The translations under genes were made by a program, and so were the position numbers. Of a DNA stretch of 64,000 nucleotides, positions 1 through 11,014 are shown piece by piece. The stretch's first letter is position 1. Every line of letters starts with the position of its first letter. Below the pieces are notes generated by a model that saw only the letters and a list, made by a program, of their open reading frames with translations, did no database searches and was not told where the DNA came from. The stretch is from an uncultured Clostridia bacterium (lineage in GTDB: Bacteria > Bacillota > Clostridia > Christensenellales > UBA1242), in contig CALVLZ010000006.1 of assembly GCA_944341445.1 (NCBI GenBank), positions 70,738 to 134,737 of the forward strand, in the 5' to 3' direction.

Positions 1-1
1 A

Positions 2-1141
2 ACAATAAACTCTGGAGCAATAACAGGAGCAGGAGACTATGTAGGAGGTATTGTTGGACAATCTGATAATAATATTGGTTTTGTAAGTAATAGTGGCTCT
101 GTTTGTGGGGATAATTATGTGGCAGGAATAGTTGGTAGCATAAATGGAAACAAAATAGAATATGCAACTAATGATGCCAAAATAACAAACAATAAACCTT
201 CATCTGTGGAAGTCTTTAATTATACAGCAGGCATTGTTGGTTTCGCTAAATCTACAACAATGTATTACGTTATTAACAATGGTGAGATTGAAGGTGATTC
301 GAATGTTGCAGGCATTATTTGTGTGGGAGAAAGTGTAAATATTGAGTTTGCCAAGAATACAGGTGAAATTATTTCTAAAGGAAATTCATTAGATACAGGA
401 ATGTTTAATGACATGATTATGATTGCTTCAATTGCTGCAGCCTTGGGAGATAGTACAATAAATATTGCATATAATACTGCAGATATATCTATTAGTAGTG
501 GCTTTGGAATCAGTGGTGGAATTGCTGGTGGAATATCGTCAACAACAATAAAAAATACATATACACAGGATATAAGAATTGAAGGAACTTCATATGCTGG
601 AGGTATAGTTGGAATTGCTCAAAATGCATCTAAAATCTATTTCTCATATAGCAGAAGCACATATATAGGTTCATATGAGGCTGTGGCTGCTGGTGGTATT
701 GTTGGTGTCAGCGTAGGATCAACTATTACATCTAATTTCTTTATAGCAATGATTGATGAAGTATTGAAAACATCAGATGGAAGTTCAAGAGGTTTTGCTG
801 TTGGAGTATCTATTGATTCTGATATTCAGTCATTTGCGTATGTTGGAATTAATGTAACATTGAACGCAGTAGGCAAAAATGAAGATTCTACAATTGGTTA
901 TGTATATAAAGGTAATAGTAGTTCATATAGAATGTTTTCAAGAGACAATAAAGATTTCTTTACAGAAGGAAAAATAACAACAGAAGATGGCGGATCTTGT
1001 ACTTATGGCGGATCAACAGTTAGTACAAGTGAGTTTGCTTGGTATACACCTGAAAGTACGTCTGAAACAAGCTGGGATTTGAATTCAATTTGGACAACAA
1101 CAGATATAGAATTATTTAATTTTATAGCATTTAAATTTTAA
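2..1141 (+). CDS. C-terminal part of a large secreted/surface protein with repeated GLUG-like motifs; the 5' end lies outside the window
   Basis: The reading frame is open from base 2. It contains repeated xxYVGGIVG / YAGGIVG / AAGGIVG motifs typical of GLUG-motif beta-helical surface proteins. Stop codon is TAA, followed by a terminator. Confidence 0.6.
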   Translation, partial: TINSGAITGAGDYVGGIVGQSDNNIGFVSNSGSVCGDNYVAGIVGSINGNKIEYATNDAKITNNKPSSVEVFNYTAGIVGFAKSTTMYYVINNGEIEGDSNVAGIICVGESVNIEFAKNTGEIISKGNSLDTGMFNDMIMIASIAAALGDSTINIAYNTADISISSGFGISGGIAGGISSTTIKNTYTQDIRIEGTSYAGGIVGIAQNASKIYFSYSRSTYIGSYEAVAAGGIVGVSVGSTITSNFFIAMIDEVLKTSDGSSRGFAVGVSIDSDIQSFAYVGINVTLNAVGKNEDSTIGYVYKGNSSSYRMFSRDNKDFFTEGKITTEDGGSCTYGGSTVSTSEFAWYTPESTSETSWDLNSIWTTTDIELFNFIAFKF

Positions 1142-1147
1142 AAATAA

Positions 1148-1178
1148 AAACACGAGTTTCTCGTGTTTTTGTTTTTTT
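1148..1178 (+). terminator. Rho-independent terminator after the surface-protein gene
   Basis: Hairpin aaacacgag-ttt-ctcgtgttt followed by a T-run. Confidence 0.8.
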
Positions 1179-1365
1179 CAAATTAAATTAATATTTATTT
1201 GATTTTTTTAAAATGATTTAATGATTTATTGCAATTATTATAAAATTTAGGTGATTAATATGTTAATCCTAATAAATATCTTTTCTAAATTAACGTTTTG
1301 TAATATATAAATTAGAAAAAATTATCAAAATTGCTTGACAAATTGATAATTTTTAAATAAATTTA

Positions 1366-1394
1366 TTGACTATATTTTTTTGCCGTGATATAAT
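1366..1394 (+). promoter_or_regulatory. Sigma-A type promoter for rpoBC
   Basis: TTGACT, 17-nt spacer, TATAAT, with a TGa extended -10 element. Confidence 0.7.
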
Positions 1395-1446
1395 TTGTAG
1401 TGCATAATAGTATTTGGAGTATGCCCAAATGCCATTTATAATAATT

Positions 1447-1493
1447 AAAAAGCCGTTTTTTATTGTTTAAATAATATGAAAAAATGGCTTTTT
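1447..1493 (+). promoter_or_regulatory. Long hairpin in the rpoB 5' leader; possible attenuator or processing site
   Basis: A 15-bp stem pairs aaaaagccgtttttt (1447-1461) with aaaaaatggcttttt (1479-1493), including one G-U pair, around a 17-nt loop. It lies between the promoter and the rpoB RBS. Confidence 0.4.
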
Positions 1494-1539
1494 AACGTTA
1501 ATAATTAAATATAAAAGGTTAAGGAGAGAAGGCTTTAAT

Positions 1540-4500
1540 ATGCTAAATACCCAAAACATCAAAAAAGTGAAGTATGGCAATACTGTTCGTTACACTTTTG
1601 GAAGCAGTAAAGAAGTTGCTGATATGCCATATTTACTAGAAATTCAAAAAGATTCATATCAAAAATTTATTAAGGAGGGCATTAAGCAGGTTTTAGAAGA
1701 ATTTTCTCCTATTGCAGATTATAGCGGTAAAGCAGAAGTTTATTTGCTTGATTATACACTTGAAGATAGCCCTAAATTATCAATTGCAGAAACAAAAAGA
1801 AAAGGCGCAAACTACACTGTTTCACTAAAAGTTAAAGTTCGTTTGGTTATTAAAGAAACAGGCGAAGTTATTGAAAGTGAAGTATTTTTAGGAGATGTTC
1901 CTTATATGACTGAAGAAGGCACTTTCATTTTCAACGGAATTGAAAGAGTTGTTGTTAGCCAATTAGTTAGATCTCCTGGTGTTTATTACGATAGTGTTAT
2001 TGATAAAACAGGAAGAGAATTATTCCATTCAACATTAATACCAATTAAGGGCAGTTGGTTAGAATTTGAACAAAAAGAAAAAGAACCTAATTTTATTAGA
2101 GTTTGTTTAAATAAAGGCGGAAAAATCGGTCTTGGCATTTTTCTTAAATGTTTTGGCTTAACTCGTGAACAAATTTTAGAAACTTTCGGAGATAACGAAA
2201 TTATTCGTGCAACTTTAGATAAAGATGCTTACGAAACACAACATGATGCGTTAATTGAATTATCAAAGAAAACACAACCGGGTGAAATTCCAAACGCAGA
2301 AGAAACTAAAAAATTTATTTATTCACAATTCTTCAGCCCTCAATACTATAATTTAGCACAAGTTGGACGTTTTAAATTAAACAAAAAATTAGCACTTGCT
2401 AATCGTTTGGTTGGCTTAACATGTGCTGAAGACGTTGTTAACAAAAAAGAAGTAATTGTTAAAGCTGGTGAAGAAATAACAAAAGACCTTGCTTACAAAA
2501 TTCAAAACAGCGGAATCAACGAAGTTTGGGTTATGGCTGGTAACAAAAAACATAAAATGGTTGGTAATGCTAGAGTTAAATTAAGCGAAGTGTTCAAATG
2601 CAATGAAAAAGAACTTGGAATAACAGAACTTGTTCACTATCCAACATTGTTAGAAGTTTTAAAAGATTGCAAAACAAAAGAAGAAAAAATGGAAGCAATT
2701 AAACAAAATGCTTCAAGTTTAATTAACACAAACTTAACAATTGAAGATATGTTAGCAAGCGTTTCATATTTCTTAGATAGAAATGTTGGAATTGGTTATA
2801 ACGATGTTGTTGACCATTTGTGCAACCGTCGTGTTAAAGGTGCTGGCGAATTATTAAAAGATGCTTTCCACGGTGGTGTTAATAAATTAAAAACTGCCGT
2901 TCAAGAAACTTTGCAAAGTCATGATTTAACAGATATAACTCCTAACCAAGTTGTTAATGCTAGACCAATCAATCGTGCTTTCAAAGATTTTATGGCAGGG
3001 CATCAACTTAGCCAATTAATGGATCAAATGAACCCACTATCATCTCTTGCTCAAAAACGTAGATTAAGTGCTATTGGACCTGGCGGTATTAACAGAGACC
3101 GTGCAACCGATGAAGTTCGTGATATACATCACAGCCACTACGGAAGAATTTGTGTTATTGAAACACCAGAAAGTGGTAACATTGGTCTTATTAACTCACT
3201 TGCAACATATGCAAGAGTTAATGAATATGGATTTATTGAAACACCTTACAGAATTGTTAACAAAGAAAAAGGTGTTGTAACAAACGATATTGTTTATTTA
3301 ATGGCAGATGAAGATGAATGTTGCTATATTGCTCAAGCAATTGAACCATTAAATGAAGATGGAACATTTAAAAACGATAACATTGTTTGCCGTTATATGG
3401 ATACAATTGTTGAAGTTTCTAAAGATATGGTTGATTATGTGGATGTTAGTCCTAAACAATTAATATCTGTTCCAACATCATTAATTCCATTCTTAGGAAA
3501 CGATGATACAGCTCGTGCATTAATGGGTTCAAACATGCAACGTCAAGCAGTTCCTCTAATCAAACCAGAAGCTCCAATTATTGGAACAGGAATGGAACAC
3601 AAAGTTGCATTAGATAACCATGCAACAATAGTTGCAAAAAATGCAGGTGTTGTTAAATTCTCTGATGCAAGAGAATTAATAATCACTGCTGAAGATGGGC
3701 ATGAAGACCATTACGAATTAGTTAAATTTTCAAAAACAAACCAAGAAAGTTGTATAAACGAAAAACCAATTGTTAAAGCAGGCGCTAAAGTTAAAAAAGG
3801 AGAACCAATTGCAGATGGATATTCTGCACAAAATGGTGAACTTGCTTTAGGTCGCAACATGTTAATTGCGTTTATGAACTGGGAAGGTTATAACTACGAA
3901 GACGCTATTTTGTTAAGCGAAAGACTTGTTAAAGAAGATATATACACATCAATTAACTTAAAAGAGTTAGAAGTTGAATGCAGAAGCACAAAACTTGGTG
4001 ATGAAGAAATAACAAGAGATATTCCAAACCTTGGCGAAGAAGCATTAAAAGACCTTGATGAAAATGGTATTATTAGAATTGGTGCAGAAGTTAAGTCTGG
4101 TGATATTCTTGTTGGAAAAGTAACACCAAAAGGTGAAAGCGAACCAACTCCAGAAGAAAGATTGTTACGTGCAATTTTCGGTGAAAAAGCACGTGATGTT
4201 AAAGACACATCTTTAAAAGTTTCTCACGGAATTCACGGAATTGTTGTTGACGTTCAAGTGTTCTCAAGAAAAAATAAAGATGAATTGCCAACAGGTGTTA
4301 ACCAACTTGTTAAAGTTATCATTGCACAAAAAAGGAAAATTGGTGTTGGTGATAAAATGGCTGGTCGTCACGGAAACAAAGGTATTGTTGCAAGAGTTCT
4401 TCCTGTTGAAGATATGCCATTTATGGCAAACGGACAACCAATTGACATTGTGTTGAACCCACTAGGTATTCCTTCACGTATGAACGTTGGACAAGTTTTG

Positions 4501-5226
4501 GAAGTTCACTTAGGACTTGTTGCAAAAGCACTAGGAATTAAAATTGCAACACCTGTATTTGATGGTGCAAAAGAAACTGATATTTCTGCATTGTTAAAAG
4601 AAAACAATTTCCCAGAAAATGGTAAATTCCAATTATTTGATGGTAGAACAGGTGAACCATTTGAACACCCTGTAACTGTTGGATATATGTATTACATTAA
4701 ACTTCAACACATGGTTGATGATAAAATGCACGCTCGTTCAACAGGTCCATATGCATACATCACTCAACAACCATTAAGTGGTAAATCAATGTTTGGTGGA
4801 CAACGTTTTGGTGAAATGGAAGTTTGGGCACTTGAAGCATATGGTGCAAGTAAGTTATTACAAGAAATGTTAACAGTTAAATCAGATGACGTTGAAGGAA
4901 GATTTAACACATACAAAGCAATTGTTGAAGGGTTGCCACTTCCAGAACCTTCAATCCCAGAAAGCTTTAAAGTTTTAGTTAAAGAACTTCAAGGTTTGGC
5001 TTTGGATATTAGATTGTTAACACAAGATAACAAAGAATTTAATTTAAGTGAATTTAGTGCAGACACAACTGAAACATTCAGCGAGGCAACAAAACCTAGA
5101 GAAGATGTTAATGATATTTCACTTGAATTTGATGATGATAAAAACATTGAACAAGATGAAGAAGAAAATCCTGAATACGATAACATTTTTGATGAATCTG
5201 AGTTGTTTGATGATTTTGATGAATAA
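1540..5226 (+). CDS. rpoB: DNA-directed RNA polymerase beta subunit, with an acidic C-terminal tail
   Basis: The 1228-aa ORF carries conserved beta-subunit blocks (GKVTPKGE, NMQRQAVP, GDKMAGRHGNKG). RBS is aaggagag. Confidence 0.99.
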   Translation: MLNTQNIKKVKYGNTVRYTFGSSKEVADMPYLLEIQKDSYQKFIKEGIKQVLEEFSPIADYSGKAEVYLLDYTLEDSPKLSIAETKRKGANYTVSLKVKVRLVIKETGEVIESEVFLGDVPYMTEEGTFIFNGIERVVVSQLVRSPGVYYDSVIDKTGRELFHSTLIPIKGSWLEFEQKEKEPNFIRVCLNKGGKIGLGIFLKCFGLTREQILETFGDNEIIRATLDKDAYETQHDALIELSKKTQPGEIPNAEETKKFIYSQFFSPQYYNLAQVGRFKLNKKLALANRLVGLTCAEDVVNKKEVIVKAGEEITKDLAYKIQNSGINEVWVMAGNKKHKMVGNARVKLSEVFKCNEKELGITELVHYPTLLEVLKDCKTKEEKMEAIKQNASSLINTNLTIEDMLASVSYFLDRNVGIGYNDVVDHLCNRRVKGAGELLKDAFHGGVNKLKTAVQETLQSHDLTDITPNQVVNARPINRAFKDFMAGHQLSQLMDQMNPLSSLAQKRRLSAIGPGGINRDRATDEVRDIHHSHYGRICVIETPESGNIGLINSLATYARVNEYGFIETPYRIVNKEKGVVTNDIVYLMADEDECCYIAQAIEPLNEDGTFKNDNIVCRYMDTIVEVSKDMVDYVDVSPKQLISVPTSLIPFLGNDDTARALMGSNMQRQAVPLIKPEAPIIGTGMEHKVALDNHATIVAKNAGVVKFSDARELIITAEDGHEDHYELVKFSKTNQESCINEKPIVKAGAKVKKGEPIADGYSAQNGELALGRNMLIAFMNWEGYNYEDAILLSERLVKEDIYTSINLKELEVECRSTKLGDEEITRDIPNLGEEALKDLDENGIIRIGAEVKSGDILVGKVTPKGESEPTPEERLLRAIFGEKARDVKDTSLKVSHGIHGIVVDVQVFSRKNKDELPTGVNQLVKVIIAQKRKIGVGDKMAGRHGNKGIVARVLPVEDMPFMANGQPIDIVLNPLGIPSRMNVGQVLEVHLGLVAKALGIKIATPVFDGAKETDISALLKENNFPENGKFQLFDGRTGEPFEHPVTVGYMYYIKLQHMVDDKMHARSTGPYAYITQQPLSGKSMFGGQRFGEMEVWALEAYGASKLLQEMLTVKSDDVEGRFNTYKAIVEGLPLPEPSIPESFKVLVKELQGLALDIRLLTQDNKEFNLSEFSADTTETFSEATKPREDVNDISLEFDDDKNIEQDEEENPEYDNIFDESELFDDFDE

Positions 5227-5242
5227 TAGGAGTTAATAAAAT

Positions 5243-8200
5243 ATGTTAGAATTAAAAAATTTAGCATCAATGAAAATTGGTATTGCTTCTCCTGAAAAGA
5301 TTTTAGAGTGGTCTTATGGTGAAGTTACCAAATCAGAAACTATTAACTACCGCACTCACAAACCAGAAACAGGCGGTTTGCTTTGTGAAAGAATTTTCGG
5401 ACCAAAGAAAAACTGGGAATGCCATTGCGGAAAATACAAAAAAATCCGTCATAAAGGCGTTATTTGTGATAAATGTGGTGTTGAAGTTACAAAAAGTGTA
5501 GTTCGCCGTGAACGTATGGGTCATATTGAACTTGCAACTCCGGTTTGCCATATTTGGTACATGCAAAATGTTCCATCAAGAATTGGTTTGTTGCTTGGCC
5601 TTAATACAAAACAACTAGAACGTGTTGCATATTATGTTAACTATATTGTTCTAGATCCTGGCAAATCAAACTTCACAAAAATGCAAGTTATTTCAGATAT
5701 GGAATATCGTGAAGCTTGCAATACTTTTGGAGCAAACTCTTTCCGTGTTGGAATGGGTGGCGAAGCTATTAGAGAATTGCTTCAAAATATTGATTTAGAA
5801 AAAGAAGCAAAAGATTTAACAGAAGCTGTAAAATCTGCAAAAGGTCAAAAGAAACTTAAACTTAACAAGAAATTAGAACTTGTTAACAGTATGATAAAAA
5901 GTGGAAATAAACCAGAATGGATGGTATTAACCATCGTTCCGGTTATCCCACCAGATTTAAGACCAATGATTCAACTTGATGGTGGAAGATTTGCCACAAG
6001 TGATATAAATGATTTATATAGAAGAATCATTAACAGAAATAATCGTTTGAAAAAGTTTATTTCAATTGGTGCTCCTGAAGTTATTATAAGAAACGAAAAA
6101 CGTATGCTTCAAGAAGCTGTGGATGCGTTAATTGAAAACGGAAAACATGGAAAACCTGTTCAAGGCTTAAAGGGAAGAGAACTAAAAAGTTTAACAGGCT
6201 CTTTAAAAGGAAAACAAGGTAGATTCCGTCAAAACTTATTAGGAAAACGTGTTGACTATTCTGGTCGTTCAGTTATCGTTGTTGGACCAAGTTTAAAAAT
6301 TTATCAATGCGGTTTGCCAAAAGAAATGGCACTTGAATTATTCAAACCATTTATTATTAGAAAATTAGTTGAACGTAATTTATCATTAAACTTTAAAAAT
6401 GCAAGAAGATTAATAGATAAACAAAAAAGCGTTGTTTGGGACGTTTTAGAAGATGTTATTAAAGATCATCCTGTTTTATTAAACCGTGCTCCATCACTTC
6501 ACAGATTATCTGTTCAAGCTTTTGAACCGGTTTTAATTGAAGGAAGAGCAATAAGACTTCACCCACTTGTTTGTGGTGGATTTAACGCGGACTTCGACGG
6601 TGACCAAATGTCTGTTCACGTTCCATTGTCTTTGGAAGCAATTGCTGAAGCAAGAGTTTTAATGCTTGCAAGCAATAACGTATTAAAACCATCAAATGGT
6701 AGCCCAATTTTGAGCCCAACTCAAGATATGGTTTTAGGTTCTTATTACTTAACAATAATAAATGATGAAGCAAAAGGTGCAGGAAAAGTGTTTGCTTCTG
6801 AAGATGAAGCAATAATGGCATATCAAACAAAAGTTGCAGAATTGCAAGCTCCTATTGAAGTTAGAAGAGTTTGTGAATTTAATGGCGAAAAAATTGTTTC
6901 AAGAGTTAAAACAACAATTGGAAGAATTATATTCAACCGCAACGTTCCTCAAAATATGGGATTTGTTGATAGAACAAAACGCGAAAATGCTTGTGCTTAT
7001 GAAATTGATTTCCTTGTTGATAAAAAAGGTCTAGATAGAATTATCGAAAAATGTTTTAACAATTTAGGAACAACTGAAACTGTTAAAATGCTAGATAATG
7101 TTAAAGAAATTGGTTACAAATATTCAACTATTGGTGCAATTACTATTAACGTGTTCGATATGGAAATCCCTAAAGAAAAATACGATATTATTAAAGAAAC
7201 TGAAGAAAAAGTTGCTGAAAATAATAAATTCTATCGCAGAGGATTTATTACTGAAGAAGAAAAATTAGATAAAAACATTGCATTATGGAAAGAGTCTACA
7301 AACCGTTGCCAAAGCATAGTGCTTGAAAAAATGGATAAATTAAATCCAGTTAAAATGATGGCAAGTTCTGGTGCCCGTGGTAATGCAGGTCAAGTTAACC
7401 AATTGTGTGGTTTCCGTGGAATTATGGCTAACACATCTGGTACAAAAATTGATATTCCTGTTAAATCAAACTTCCGTGAAGGCTTAAACCCATTAGAATA
7501 TTTCTTAGCTTCTCGTGGTGGACGTAAAGGTTTGGCAGATAAAGTTTTAAAAACTGCAGACTCTGGTTATTTAACTCGTAGATTAGTTGACGTTGCTCAA
7601 GACGTTGTTATTTGTGAAGACGATTGCTTTGAAACAAATGGCGAAAAAGTTAAGGGTATGAAAGTTAGCGAAATTGTTAAGGACGGAACATTAGTTGCAA
7701 GCTTAGAACAAAGAATAACAGGAAGATTTGCTGTTGACGATGTTATTAATCCAAAAACTAAAAAAGTTATTGTTCCAGCAAACACTATGATTTCTGCTAG
7801 TCAAGCAAAAGAAATTAGTGAATGTGGAATTAAAGAAGTTAATATTAGAACTGCTTTAACATGTCGTTCAAAACATGGTATTTGTGCAAAATGCTATGGT
7901 AAGAACATGAGCAGTAACGATATTATTCCAATTGGTGAAGCTGTTGGTATTATTGCAGCTCAAGCTATTGGTGAACCAGGTACTCAGTTAACAATGAGAA
8001 CTTTCCACACAGGTGGTGTTGCGAACGCTGCCGATATCACACAAGGTTTGCCTCGTGTTGCGGAAGTATTTGAAGCTCGTAAACCTAAATCTGCTGCAAT
8101 TCTTTCAGAAGTTGCTGGTAAAGTTCAAATTAAGGAAGTTCAATCAGCTAGCAAAGATGGTGGTAAATATTACGAAGTATTTGTTAAAAATAGCGATGGC

Positions 8201-8848
8201 GATGGACATTATATTGTTCCATTCGGTTCAGTTTTAACAGTTAAAAATGGAGACTTTGTTGAAGCAGGAACACCATTAACAGTTGGTTCAATTTATCCAA
8301 AAGATTTATTAATCACCCGTGGTGTTAAAGATGTTCAAGAATATTTATTAACTGAAATATTAGGAACATATGCATTGCAAGGTGTTAAATTAAATGCAAA
8401 ACACGTTGAAATTATAATTAGACAAATGCTTAGAAACGTTAAAGTTGAAGATGCAGGAGATACAAACTTAATAGTTGGAGATATTGTTGATATCTTTAAA
8501 TATGAAGAAGAAAATGAACGCGTATTAAGAGAAGGCGGAGTTCCAGCAACTGTTAAACGTATAGTTCAAGGTTTGATTAAAGCATCATTAAGCGTTGAAA
8601 GTTTCTTAAGCGCTGCATCATTCCAAGAATCTTCAAGAGTATTAACAGATGCTTCTGTTAAGGGTAAAGTTGATAAATTGGTTGGATTAAAAGAAAACTT
8701 GATGATTGGTAAACCAATTCCAGCTGGAACAGGTTTTAAAACAATTGCAAGTGTAACTCCAATTGACACAACTTTAGAAAAACAAACAACTAGCGAAGTT
8801 GATGAAAGCGTTGAAAAATATTTTAACGATGTTGAAAGTGTAGAATAA
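5243..8848 (+). CDS. rpoC: DNA-directed RNA polymerase beta' subunit
   Basis: The 1201-aa ORF contains the NADFDGDQM catalytic motif and the N-terminal Zn-binding cysteines. Confidence 0.99.
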   Translation: MLELKNLASMKIGIASPEKILEWSYGEVTKSETINYRTHKPETGGLLCERIFGPKKNWECHCGKYKKIRHKGVICDKCGVEVTKSVVRRERMGHIELATPVCHIWYMQNVPSRIGLLLGLNTKQLERVAYYVNYIVLDPGKSNFTKMQVISDMEYREACNTFGANSFRVGMGGEAIRELLQNIDLEKEAKDLTEAVKSAKGQKKLKLNKKLELVNSMIKSGNKPEWMVLTIVPVIPPDLRPMIQLDGGRFATSDINDLYRRIINRNNRLKKFISIGAPEVIIRNEKRMLQEAVDALIENGKHGKPVQGLKGRELKSLTGSLKGKQGRFRQNLLGKRVDYSGRSVIVVGPSLKIYQCGLPKEMALELFKPFIIRKLVERNLSLNFKNARRLIDKQKSVVWDVLEDVIKDHPVLLNRAPSLHRLSVQAFEPVLIEGRAIRLHPLVCGGFNADFDGDQMSVHVPLSLEAIAEARVLMLASNNVLKPSNGSPILSPTQDMVLGSYYLTIINDEAKGAGKVFASEDEAIMAYQTKVAELQAPIEVRRVCEFNGEKIVSRVKTTIGRIIFNRNVPQNMGFVDRTKRENACAYEIDFLVDKKGLDRIIEKCFNNLGTTETVKMLDNVKEIGYKYSTIGAITINVFDMEIPKEKYDIIKETEEKVAENNKFYRRGFITEEEKLDKNIALWKESTNRCQSIVLEKMDKLNPVKMMASSGARGNAGQVNQLCGFRGIMANTSGTKIDIPVKSNFREGLNPLEYFLASRGGRKGLADKVLKTADSGYLTRRLVDVAQDVVICEDDCFETNGEKVKGMKVSEIVKDGTLVASLEQRITGRFAVDDVINPKTKKVIVPANTMISASQAKEISECGIKEVNIRTALTCRSKHGICAKCYGKNMSSNDIIPIGEAVGIIAAQAIGEPGTQLTMRTFHTGGVANAADITQGLPRVAEVFEARKPKSAAILSEVAGKVQIKEVQSASKDGGKYYEVFVKNSDGDGHYIVPFGSVLTVKNGDFVEAGTPLTVGSIYPKDLLITRGVKDVQEYLLTEILGTYALQGVKLNAKHVEIIIRQMLRNVKVEDAGDTNLIVGDIVDIFKYEEENERVLREGGVPATVKRIVQGLIKASLSVESFLSAASFQESSRVLTDASVKGKVDKLVGLKENLMIGKPIPAGTGFKTIASVTPIDTTLEKQTTSEVDESVEKYFNDVESVE

Positions 8849-8873
8849 AGAAGCCAAGGCTTCTTTATTTTTT
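8848..8873 (+). terminator. Rho-independent terminator after rpoC
   Basis: Hairpin aaagaagc-caag-gcttcttt followed by a T-run. Confidence 0.75.
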
Positions 8874-8924
8874 ATTAGTTAAATTTTGAATATCAAAAAA
8901 ATACTTTAATATTTAATTTTGGTA

Positions 8925-8953
8925 TTTACAAATTGTTAATATTATAGTATAAT
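8925..8953 (+). promoter_or_regulatory. Sigma-A type promoter
   Basis: TTTACA, 17-nt spacer, TATAAT. Confidence 0.6.
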
Positions 8954-8981
8954 ATAGTTACTAAGATTTAGGAGATATATT

Positions 8982-9251
8982 ATGTTAAACAATAATATTA
9001 ATTCATATGTAGATTCATTTATTAAAAACGCACAAGAAAATGGTTTAACTATTAATAGAGTTGCTGTTGGTGAAAATGGTTATATGATTGTTGCCACAGG
9101 AAAAAATGGTAGTGTTTGCTCTGTTCCAGAAAATGCAAAATCTGGACTTGTTTACGAAATGGCAAATAATACTTTAAAAAATTATGCAAAATCACAAAAT
9201 GTAAGCAAAGATGTTGTTAAAGAGACATCGAACAATAGATTTTTAAAATAA
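8982..9251 (+). CDS. Hypothetical 89-aa protein
   Basis: The ORF has an RBS (aggaga) and its own promoter and terminator. I recognise no family. Confidence 0.55.
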   Translation: MLNNNINSYVDSFIKNAQENGLTINRVAVGENGYMIVATGKNGSVCSVPENAKSGLVYEMANNTLKNYAKSQNVSKDVVKETSNNRFLK

Positions 9252-9254
9252 AAA

Positions 9255-9282
9255 AGAAAACTTTTAACAGTTTTCTTTTTTT
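9255..9282 (+). terminator. Rho-independent terminator
   Basis: Hairpin agaaaact-tttaac-agttttct followed by a T-run. Confidence 0.75.
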
Positions 9283-9316
9283 AGTTAATAAAAAATGCTA
9301 AAAATGGCTTAAAAAT

Positions 9317-9345
9317 TTTACAAAATTTAATATGTGTGTTAAAAT
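9317..9345 (+). promoter_or_regulatory. Sigma-A type promoter
   Basis: TTTACA, 17-nt spacer, TAAAAT, with a TGt extended -10 element. Confidence 0.55.
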
Positions 9346-9412
9346 ACAATTAATAAATTAAAATTTATAATGGAAAGTTTGGTTTTTTAGGCTAAAGTTT
9401 TAGGGAGCATAT

Positions 9413-9694
9413 ATGAAAAAATTTTCATTTCCAGCTGTAATATTTCGTGATGATGAGGCAGATTGTTTTTGTGTTGCAATAAGCGATGTTAATATTTTCT
9501 GTGATGGCGAAACTGTTGAACAAGCTCACAAAAGGGCTGGTGAATTTTTGAATGCCTATATTGATTTTGCTCTTGCAAACGATATGGAAATTCCAGAACC
9601 AACACCATTTAAAGATGTTGTTTTAAAATACCCAAAAAATTTGGTTGTTTTAGTGGAAAGCATTGTTGATAATAAAAATAAAACTATAAAATAA
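9413..9694 (+). CDS. HicB-like (UPF0150) antitoxin-fold protein with no DNA-binding extension
   Basis: The 93-aa sequence FPAVIFRDDEADCFCVAISDV...GETVEQAHKRAGEFLNAYIDFALANDMEIPEP matches the typical N-terminal HicB domain pattern. Confidence 0.55.
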   Translation: MKKFSFPAVIFRDDEADCFCVAISDVNIFCDGETVEQAHKRAGEFLNAYIDFALANDMEIPEPTPFKDVVLKYPKNLVVLVESIVDNKNKTIK

Positions 9695-9810
9695 AAACGT
9701 TCAATCGTTTTTATTTTTTTTATACAAACTATAAAATTTTAAGAAATTTGCAAAAGAAAAAATATGTAATTTTTTTTGTTTTTTTTATAAATAAAAAACT
9801 ATTAAAAATG

Positions 9811-9839
9811 TTGACATTAAAATGGTTATTTGATATTAT
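9811..9839 (+). promoter_or_regulatory. Sigma-A type promoter of the str operon
   Basis: TTGACA, 17-nt spacer, TATTAT, with a TGa extended -10 element. It is followed by a leader of about 230 nt. Confidence 0.65.
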
Positions 9840-10075
9840 AATTAACGTATTATAGTATGCTTAAATTTAAGTTTAAGCGAGATAAATTTTATTTTGGTGT
9901 GATTTTAAAATTTATCTATCTCATCGTATTATAATATCGGATACTTTTAAGGTTGATGTTATAAATGCAGTTTTAAGTAAAACTAAGCATTAAAATTTGA
10001 GTGCTAAGATGAGTTTTTTAAAACTAAAATAAGGGTTGAAATTTTAGTTTTTAAAATAATTAAGGAGGAAAACAT

Positions 10076-10450
10076 ATGCCAACAATTAATCAATTGGTAA
10101 AGAAGGGTAGAAAAAAAGTAGAAGTTAAATCAAATGTTCCTATTCTTGATGAAAATCCACAAAAACGTGGAGTTTGTCTAAGTGTAACAACAACTTCTCC
10201 TAAAAAACCAAACTCTGCTTTAAGAAAAATTGCAAGAGTTCGTTTATCAAATGGCGAAGAAGGTACTGTTTATATTCCTGGTGAAGGTCATAACTTACAA
10301 GAACACAACGTTGTTTTAATTCGTGGTGGAAGGGTAAGAGATTTACCAGGTGTTCGTTATCACATTATTCGTGGTAGCTTAGATGCATCAGGTGTTGCAA
10401 AAAGAAAACAGTCTCGTAGCAAATATGGTGCAAAAAAAGGTAAAAACTAA
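10076..10450 (+). CDS. rpsL: 30S ribosomal protein S12
   Basis: N-terminus [12 protein letters not shown], plus the [10 protein letters not shown] motif. Confidence 0.99.
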   Translation: MPTINQLVKKGRKKVEVKSNVPILDENPQKRGVCLSVTTTSPKKPNSALRKIARVRLSNGEEGTVYIPGEGHNLQEHNVVLIRGGRVRDLPGVRYHIIRGSLDASGVAKRKQSRSKYGAKKGKN

Positions 10451-10519
10451 AATTAAAAATGTTAAAAACATTCCTATAAATTAGGTTTTAATATAAAATT
10501 TAATAAGGAGGATAACCCA

Positions 10520-10990
10520 ATGCCTAGAAGAGGTGGCGCGCCTAAAAGAGACGTATTACCAGATCCACGTTATAAAAATAAAGTTATAACAAAATTAATT
10601 AACCAAATTATGCAAGATGGTAAAAAAGCAGTTGCTCAAAATATCGTTTATGGCGCATTTGATATTATTCAATCAAAAACAAGTGCAGAACCTGAAGAAT
10701 ACTTCATGGCTGCATTAGAAAACTTAAAACCAGTTCTAGAAACAAAATCTCGTCGTGTTGGTGGTTCTAACTACCAAGTTCCAATGGAAGTTAAACCAGA
10801 ACGTCGCCAAACACTAGCTATTAGATGGTTGGTTGGATACGCACAAAAGAGAAATGAAAGAACAATGCAAGAAAAACTTGCAGGAGAAATTATGGATGCT
10901 TACAACAATGCTGGTGGAGCATTCAAAAAGAAAGATGATGTTCATAGAATGGCTGAAAGTAATAAAGCATTCGCACATTATCGTTGGTAA
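10520..10990 (+). CDS. rpsG: 30S ribosomal protein S7
   Basis: N-terminus MPRRG, C-terminus ending in AFAHYRW. Confidence 0.99.
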   Translation: MPRRGGAPKRDVLPDPRYKNKVITKLINQIMQDGKKAVAQNIVYGAFDIIQSKTSAEPEEYFMAALENLKPVLETKSRRVGGSNYQVPMEVKPERRQTLAIRWLVGYAQKRNERTMQEKLAGEIMDAYNNAGGAFKKKDDVHRMAESNKAFAHYRW

Positions 10991-11014
10991 AATTTTTAAA
11001 AGGAAATATATTTT

